Source: Eledone cirrhosa (taxonomy: Eukaryota). From it: DNA of 64,000 nucleotides. The DNA is taken from assembly GCA_964016885.1 (NCBI GenBank), contig OZ024750.1, positions 53,072,001 through 53,136,000 of the forward strand. The letters run 5' to 3'. Below are positions 54,001-64,000 of this stretch, piece by piece; the stretch's first letter is position 1, and each line of letters begins with the position of its first letter. Position numbers and translations under genes: made by a program. The notes below the pieces were generated by a model that was given only the letters and a program-made list of their open reading frames with translations, ran no database searches and was not told the origin of the DNA.

Positions 54001-57000
54001 CAGTACTATTATCTCATCGCACACAACAGTACTATTATCTCATCGCACACAACAGTACTATTATCTCATCGCACACAACAGTACTATTATCTCATCACAC
54101 ACAGCAGTACGATTATCTCATTACACACAACAGAACTATTATCTCATTACACAAAACAGTACTATTATCTCATCACACAAAACAGTACTATTATCTCATC
54201 ACACAAAACAGTACTATTATATCATCACACCCAACAGTACTATTATTCCATCACACAAAACAGTACTATTATCCCATTACAAAAAACAGTACTATTATCT
54301 CATCACACCCAACAGTACTATCATCCCATCACACCAAACAGTACTATTATCCCATCACACAAAACAGTACTATTATATCATCACACCCAACAGTACTATT
54401 ATCCCATCACACATAACAGTACTATTATCTCATCACACAAAACAGTACTATTATCTCATCACACAAAACAGTACTATTATCTCCACAAAACAGTACTATT
54501 ATCTCCAGAAAATAATACTATTATCTGATCACACAAAACAGTACTATTATCTCATCACACACAACAGTACTATTATCTCATTACACAAAACAGTACTATT
54601 ATCTCCACCTAAAACAGTACTATTATCTCCACAAAACAGTACTATTATCTCATCACACAAAACTACTATTATCCCATCACCCAAAACAGTACTATTATCT
54701 CCACACAAAACTACTATTATCTCATCACACAAAACTACTATTATTTCATCACACAAAACAATACTATTATCTCATTACACACAACAGTACTATAATCTCA
54801 TCACACAAAATAGTACTATTATCTCATCATACAAAACAGTACTATTATCTCATAACACACAACAGTACTATTATCTCATCACATACAACAGTACTATTAT
54901 CTCACCACACAAAACTGTACTATTATCTCATCACACAAAACAGTACTATTATCTCACCACACACAACAGTACTATTATCTCACCACACAAAACAGTACTA
55001 TTATCTCATCACACAAAACAGTACTATTATCTCATTACACAAAACAGTACTATTATCTCATCACACAAAACAGTACTATTATATCATCACACCCAACAGT
55101 TCTATTATCCCATCACACAGAACAGTGCTATTATCCCATCACACAAAACAGTACTATTATCTCATCACACCCAACAGTACTATTATCCCATCACACCCAA
55201 CAGTACTATTATCCCATCACACAAAACAGTACTATTATCCCATCACTCAAAACAGTACTATTATCCCATCACACAATACGGTACTATTATATCATCACAC
55301 CCAACAGTACTATTATCCCATCACACATAACAGTACTATTATCTCATCACACAAAACAGTACTATTATCTCATCACACAAAACAGTAGTATTATCTCCAC
55401 AAAACAGTACTATTATCTCCAGAAAACAGTACTATTATCTCATCACACACAACAGTACTATTATCTCATCACACAAAACTACTATTATCTCATTACACAC
55501 AACAGTACTATAATCTCATCACACAAAACAGTACTATTATCTCATCATACAAAACAGTACTATTATCTCATAACACACAACAGTGCTATTATCTCATCAC
55601 ATACAACAGTACTATTATCTCACCACACAAAACAGTACTATTATCTCATCACACAAAACAGTACTATTATCTCACCACACCACACACAACAGTACTATTA
55701 TCTCACCACACAAAACAGTACTATTATCTCATTACACAAAACAGTACTATTATCTCATTACACAAAACAGTACTATTATCTCATCACACAAAACAGTACT
55801 ATTATATCATCACACCCAACAGTTCTATTATCCCATCACACAAAACAGTACTATTATCCCATCACACAAAACAGTACTATTATCCATCACACAAAACAGT
55901 ACTATTATCCCATCACACAAAACAGTACTATTATATCATCACACCCAACAGTACTATTATCCCATCACACATAACAGTACTATTATCTCATCACACAAAA
56001 CAGTACTATTATCTCATCACACAAAACAGTAGTATTATCTCCACAAAACAGTACTATTATCTCCACAAAACAGTACTAGTATCTCATCACACACAACAGT
56101 ACTATTATCTCATCACACAAAACTACTATTATCTCCACCCAAAACAGTACTATTATCTCCACAAAACAGTACTATTATCCCATCGCACAAAACTACTATT
56201 ATCCCATCACACAAAACAGTACTATTATCTTATCACACAAAACAGTACTATTATCCCATCACACAAAACAGTACTATTATCTCCACACAAAACTACTATT
56301 ATCTCATCACACAAAACAGTACTATTATCTCATCACACAAAACAGTACTATTATCTCATCACACAAAACAGTACTATTATCTCATCACACAAAACTACTA
56401 TTATCTCATCACACAAAACAGTACTATTATCTCATCACACACAACAGTACTATTATCTCATTATCTCATCCCACACAACAGTACTATTATCTCATCCCAC
56501 ACAACAGTACTATTATCTAATCACAGACAATAATACTATTATATCACCACACAAAACAGTACTATTATCTGATAACACAAAACAGTACTATTATCTCATC
56601 ACACAAAACAGTACTATTATCTCATCACACACAAAATTACTATTATCTCATCACACACAACATTACTATTATCTCATCACACACAACAATACTATTATCT
56701 CATCACACACAACAGTACTCTTATCTCATCACACACAACAGTACTATTATCTCATCACACACAACAGTACTATTATCTCACCACACACAACAGTACTATT
56801 ATCTCACCACACAAAACAGTACTATTATCTCATTACACAAAACAGTACTATTATCTCCACCCAAAACAGTACTATTATCTCCACAAAACAGTACTATTAT
56901 CTCATCACACACAACAGTACTATTATCTCATCACACAAAACTACTATTATCTCCACCCAAAACATTACTATTACCTCCACAAAACAGTACTATTATCCCA

Positions 57001-60000
57001 TCGCACAAAACTACTATTATCCCATCACACAAAACAGTACTATTATCTCATCACACAAAACAGTGCTATTATCCCATCACACAAAACAGTACTATTATCT
57101 CCACACAAAACTACTATTATCTCATCACACAAAACAGTACTATTATCTCATCACACAAAACAGTACTATTATCCCATCACACAAAACAGTACTATTATCT
57201 CATCACACAAAACAGTACTATTATCTCATCACACACAACAGTACTATTATCCCATCACACAAAACAGTACTATTATCTCCACACAAAACTACTATTTTCT
57301 CATCACACAAAACTACTATTATCTCATCACACACAACAGTACTATTATCTCATCGCACACAACAGTACTATTATCTCATCGCACACAACAGTACTATTAT
57401 CTCATCACACACAACAGTACTATTATCTCATCACACAAAACTACTATTATCTCATTACACACAACAGTACTATAATCTCATCACACAAAACAGTACTATT
57501 ATCTCATCATACAAAACAGTACTATTATCTCATAACACACAACAGTGCTATTATCTCATCACATACAACAGTACTATTATCTCACCACACAAAACAGTAC
57601 TATTATCTCATCACACAAAACAGTACTATTATCTCACCACACCACACACAACAGTACTATTATCTCACCACACAAAACAGTACTATTATCTCATTACACA
57701 AAACAGTACTATTATCTCATTACACAAAACAGTACTATTATCTCATCACACAAAACAGTACTATTATATCATCACACCCAACAGTTCTATTATCCCATCA
57801 CACAAAACAGTACTATTATCCCATCACACAAAACAGTACTATTATCCATCACACAAAACAGTACTATTATCCCATCACACAAAACAGTACTATTATATCA
57901 TCACACCCAACAGTACTATTATCCCATCACACATAACAGTACTATTATCTCATCACACAAAACAGTACTATTATCTCATCACACAAAACAGTAGTATTAT
58001 CTCCACAAAACAGTACTATTATCTCCACAAAACAGTACTAGTATCTCATCACACACAACAGTACTATTATCTCATCACACAAAACTACTATTATCTCCAC
58101 CCAAAACAGTACTATTATCTCCACAAAACAGTACTATTATCCCATCGCACAAAACTACTATTATCCCATCACACAAAACAGTACTATTATCTTATCACAC
58201 AAAACAGTACTATTATCCCATCACACAAAACAGTACTATTATCTCCACACAAAACTACTATTATCTCATCACACAAAACAGTACTATTATCTCATCACAC
58301 AAAACAGTACTATTATCTCATCACACAAAACAGTACTATTATCTCATCACACAAAACTACTATTATCTCATCACACAAAACAGTACTATTATCTCATCAC
58401 ACACAACAGTACTATTATCTCATTATCTCATCCCACACAACAGTACTATTATCTCATCCCACACAACAGTACTATTATCTAATCACAGACAATAATACTA
58501 TTATATCACCACACAAAACAGTACTATTATCTGATAACACAAAACAGTACTATTATCTCATCACACAAAACAGTACTATTATCTCATCACACACAAAATT
58601 ACTATTATCTCATCACACACAACATTACTATTATCTCATCACACACAACAATACTATTATCTCATCACACACAACAGTACTCTTATCTCATCACACACAA
58701 CAGTACTATTATCTCATCACACACAACAGTACTATTATCTCACCACACACAACAGTACTATTATCTCACCACACAAAACAGTACTATTATCTCATTACAC
58801 AAAACAGTACTATTATCTCCACCCAAAACAGTACTATTATCTCCACAAAACAGTACTATTATCTCATCACACACAACAGTACTATTATCTCATCACACAA
58901 AACTACTATTATCTCCACCCAAAACATTACTATTACCTCCACAAAACAGTACTATTATCCCATCGCACAAAACTACTATTATCCCATCACACAAAACAGT
59001 ACTATTATCTCATCACACAAAACAGTGCTATTATCCCATCACACAAAACAGTACTATTATCTCCACACAAAACTACTATTATCTCATCACACAAAACAGT
59101 ACTATTATCTCATCACACAAAACAGTACTATTATCCCATCACACAAAACAGTACTATTATCTCATCACACAAAACAGTACTATTATCTCATCACACACAA
59201 CAGTACTATTATCCCATCACACAAAACAGTACTATTATCTCCACACAAAACTACTATTTTCTCATCACACAAAACTACTATTATCTCATCACACACAACA
59301 GTACTATTATCTCATCGCACACAACAGTACTATTATCTCATCGCACACAACAGTACTATTATCTCATCACACACATCAGTACGATTATCTCATTACACAC
59401 AACAGAACTATTATCTCATTACACAAAACAGTACTATTATCTCATCACACAAAACAGTACTATTATCTCATCACACAAAACAGTACTATTATATCATCAC
59501 ACCCAACAGTACTATTATTCCATCACACAAAACAGTACTATTATCCCATTACAAAAAACAGTACTATTATCTCATCACACCCAACAGTCCTATCATCCCA
59601 TCACACCAAACAGTACTATTATCCCATCACACAAAACAGTACTATTATATCATCACACCCAACAGTACTATTATCCCATCACACATAACAGTACTATTAT
59701 CTCATCACACAAAACAGTACTATTATCTCATCACACAAAACAGTACTATTATCTCCACAAAACAGTACTATTATCTCCAGAAAATAATACTATTATCTGA
59801 TCACACAAAACAGTACTATTATCTCATCACACACAACAGTACTATTATCTCATTACACAAAACAGTACTATTATCTCCACCTAAAACAGTACTATTATCT
59901 CCACAAAACAGTACTATTATCTCATCACACAAAACTACTATTATCCCATCACACAAAACAGTACTATTATCTCCACACAAAACTACTATTATCTCATCAC

Positions 60001-63000
60001 ACAAAACTACTATTATTTCATCACACAAAACAATACTATTATCTCATTACACACAACAGTACTATAATCTCATCACACAAAATAGTACTATTATCTCATC
60101 ATACAAAACAGTACTATTATCTCATAACACACAACAGTACTATTATCTCATCACATACAACAGTACTATTATCTCACCACACAAAACTGTACTATTATCT
60201 CATCACACAAAACAGTACTATTATCTCACCACACACAACAGTACTATTATCTCACCACACAAAACAGTACTATTATCTCATCACACAAAACAGTACTATT
60301 ATCTCATTACACAAAACAGTACTATTATTCCATCACACAAAACAGTACTATTATATCATCACACCCAACAGTTCTATTATCCCATCACACAGAACAGTGC
60401 TATTATCCCATCACACAAAACAGTACTATTATCTCATCACACCCAACAGTACTATTATCCCATCACACCCAACAGTACTATTATCCCATCACACAAAACA
60501 GTACTATTATCCCATCACTCAAAACAGTACTATTATCCCATCACACAATACGGTACTATTATATCATCACACCCAACAGTACTATTATCCCATCACACAT
60601 AACAGTACTATTATCTCATCACACAAAACAGTACTATTATCTCATCACACAAAACAGTAGTATTATCTCCACAAAACAGTACTATTATCTCCAGAAAACA
60701 GTACTATTATCTCATCACACACAACAGTACTATTATCTCATCACACAAAACTACTATTATCTCATCACACAAAACTACTATTATCTCATCACACAAAACT
60801 ACTATTATCTCCACCCAAAACAGTACTATTATCTCCACAAAACAGTACTATTATCCCATCGCACAAAACTACTATTATCCCATCACACAAAACAGTACTA
60901 TTATCTCATCACACAAAACAGTGCTATTATCCCATCACACAAAACAGTACTATTATCTCCACACAAAACTACTATTATCTCATCACACAAAACAGTACTA
61001 TTATCTCATCACACAAAACAGTACTATTATCTCATCACACAAAACAGTACTATTATCTCATCACACAAAACTACTATTATCTCATCACACAAAACAGTAC
61101 TATTATCTCATCACACACAACAGTACTATTATCTCATTATCTCATCCCACACAACAATACTATTATCTCATCCCACACAACAGTACTATTATCTCATCAC
61201 ACACAACAGTACTATTATCTCATCACACAAAACAGTACTATTATCTCCACCCAAAACAGTACTATTATCTCCACAAAACAGTACTATTATCTCATCACAC
61301 AAAACTACTATTATCCCATCACACAAAACAGTACTACTATCTCCACACAAAACTACTATTATCTCATCACACAAAACTACTATTATTTCATCACACAAAA
61401 CAATACTATTATCTCATTACACACAACAGTACTATTATCTCATCACACAAAACAGTACTATTATCTCATCATACAAAACAGTACTATTATCCCATCACAC
61501 AAAACAGTACTATTATCCCATCACACAAAACAGTACTATTATCTCATCACGCCCAACAGTACTATTATCCCATCACACAAAACAGTACTATTATCCCATC
61601 ACACAAAACAGTACTATTATATCATCACACCCAACAGTGCTATTATCCCATCACACATAACAGTACTATTATCTCATCACACATAACAGTACTATTATCT
61701 CATCACACAAAACAGTACTATTATCTCCACAAAACAGTACTATTATCTCCACAAAATAATACTATTATCTCATCACACAAAACAGTACTATTATCTCATC
61801 ACACACAACAGTACTATTATCTCATCACACACAACAGTACTATTATCTCATCACACAAAACAGTACTATTATCTCCACAAAACAGTACTATTATCTCATC
61901 ACACAAAACAGTACTATTATCTCATCACACAAAACAGTACTATTATATCATCACACCCAACAGTACTATTATCCCATCACACAAAACTACTATTATCCCA
62001 TCACACAAAACAGTACTATTATCTCATCACACCCAACAGTACTATTATCTCATCACACAAAACAGTACTATTATCCCATCACACAAAACAGTACTATTAT
62101 ATCATCACACCCAACAGTACTAATATCCCATCAAACAAAACAGTACTATTATCTCATCACACACAACAGTACTATTATCTCATCACACAAAACAGTACTA
62201 TTATCTCCACCCAAAACAGTACTATTATCTCCACAAAACAGTACTATTATCTCATCGCACAAAACTACTATTATCCCATCACACAAAACTACTATTATCT
62301 CATCACACAAAACTACTATTATTTCATCACACAAAACAGTACTATTATCTCATCACACAAAACAGTACTATTATCCCATCACACAAAACAGTACTATTAT
62401 CTCATCACACAAAACAGTACTATTATCTCATCACACAAAACAGTACTATTATCCCATCACACAAAACAGTACTATTATCCCATCACACAAAACAGTACTA
62501 TTATCTCACCACACACACCAGTACTATTATCTCACCACACAAAACAGTACTATTATCTCATTACACAAAACAGTACTATTATCTCATTACACAAAACAGT
62601 ACTATTATCTCATCACACAAAACAGTACTATTATATCATCACACCCAACAGTACTATTATCCCATCACACAAAACAGTACTATTATCCCATCACACAAAA
62701 CAGTACTATTATCTCATCACACCCAACAGTACTATTATCCCATGACACAAAACAGTACTATTATCTCATCACACAAAACAGTACTATTATCTCATCACAC
62801 AAAACAGTACTATTATCCCATCACACATAACTACTATTATCTCATCACACAAAACAGTACTATTATCTCATCACACAAAACAGTACTATTATATCATCAC
62901 ACCCAACAGTACTATTATCCCATCACACAAAACAGTACTATTATCCCATCACACAAAACAGTACTATTATCCCATCACACAAAACAGTACTATTATCCCA

Positions 63001-64000
63001 TCACACAAAACAGTACTATTATATCATCACACCCAACAGTACTATTATCCCATCACACAAAACAGTACTATTATCTCATCACACAAAACAGTACTATTAT
63101 CTCATCACACAAAACAGTACTATTATCTCATCACACAAAACAGTACTATTATCTCCACAAAACAGTACTATTATCTCATCACACACAACAGTACTATTAT
63201 CTCCACAAAACAGTACTATTATCTCATCACACACAACAGTACTATTATCTCCACAACAATACTATTATCCCATCACACAAAACAGTACTATTATCTCATC
63301 ACACAAAACAGTGCTATTATCCCATCACACAAAACAGTGCTATTATCTCATCACACAAAACAGTACTATTATCTCATCACACAAAACAGTACTATTATCC
63401 CATCACACAAAACAGTACTATTATCTCATCACACAAAACAGTACTATTATCTCTTCACACAAAACAGTACTATTATCCCATCACACAAAACAGTACTATT
63501 ATCCCATCACACAAAACAGTACTATTATCCCATCACACAAAACAGTACTATTATATCATCACACAAAACAGTACTATTATCTCCACAAAACAGTACTATT
63601 ATCTCCACAAAACAGTACTATTATCTCATCACACACAACAGTACTATTATCTCATCACACAAAACTACTGTTATCTCCACCCAAAACAGTACTATTATCT
63701 CCACAAAACAGTACTATTATCCCATTACACAAAACAGTACTATTATCTCATCACACAAAACAGTGCTATTATCCCATCACACAAAACAGTACTATTATCT
63801 CCACACAAAACTACTATTATCTCATCACACACAACAGTACTATTATCTCATCACACAAAACAGTACTATTATCTCATCACACACAACAGTACTATTATCC
63901 CATCACACAAAACAGTACTATTATCTCCACACAAAACTACTATTATCTCATCACACACAACAGTACTATTATCTCATCGCACACAACAGTACTATTATCT
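42024..64000. repeat. 26-bp satellite, >=22 kb (on the order of 850 copies), runs off the window end
   Basis: Unit ACAGTACTATTATCTCATCACAC(A/C)AA with an AGTACT site; shorter deletion variants; kb-scale higher-order duplications. Confidence 0.99.

Noticed and set aside
42060-62123. Long ORFs (654, 288, 1179, 400 aa and others) as real protein-coding genes
   Set aside because: They are pure translations of the 26-bp satellite, with arbitrary starts and ends and no unique domain.

Overview
AT-rich eukaryotic, repeat-dominated window with no intact long gene. The SINE and LINE repertoire looks like a coleoid cephalopod (Octopus-like) genome, probably a large intron or intergenic region; this is recognition from sequence only, not a database search. 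About half of the window is tandem DNA: a 38-bp satellite (~12.4-19.3 kb), 34-bp and 28/25-bp minisatellites (20.8-23.7 kb), and a 26-bp satellite from ~42.0 kb to the window end that has higher-order structure and produces spurious giant ORFs. The rest holds two 5'-truncated, decayed RTE LINEs whose RT is followed by a PHD-type finger, a third RTE fragment, two abutting Tx1/L1 copies, an internally deleted piggyBac, three TTAA-flanked MITE families and several tRNA-derived SINE families. Most notable: (1) hammerhead-ribozyme motifs in putative Penelope-like remnants, one folded back into a 77-bp-arm palindrome; (2) one SINE body carrying two alternative 3' tails, each matching a different RTE in this window; (3) an old tandem unit whose homologous site was hit independently by three different elements; (4) minisatellites traceable to TE termini; (5) two small candidate host exons.
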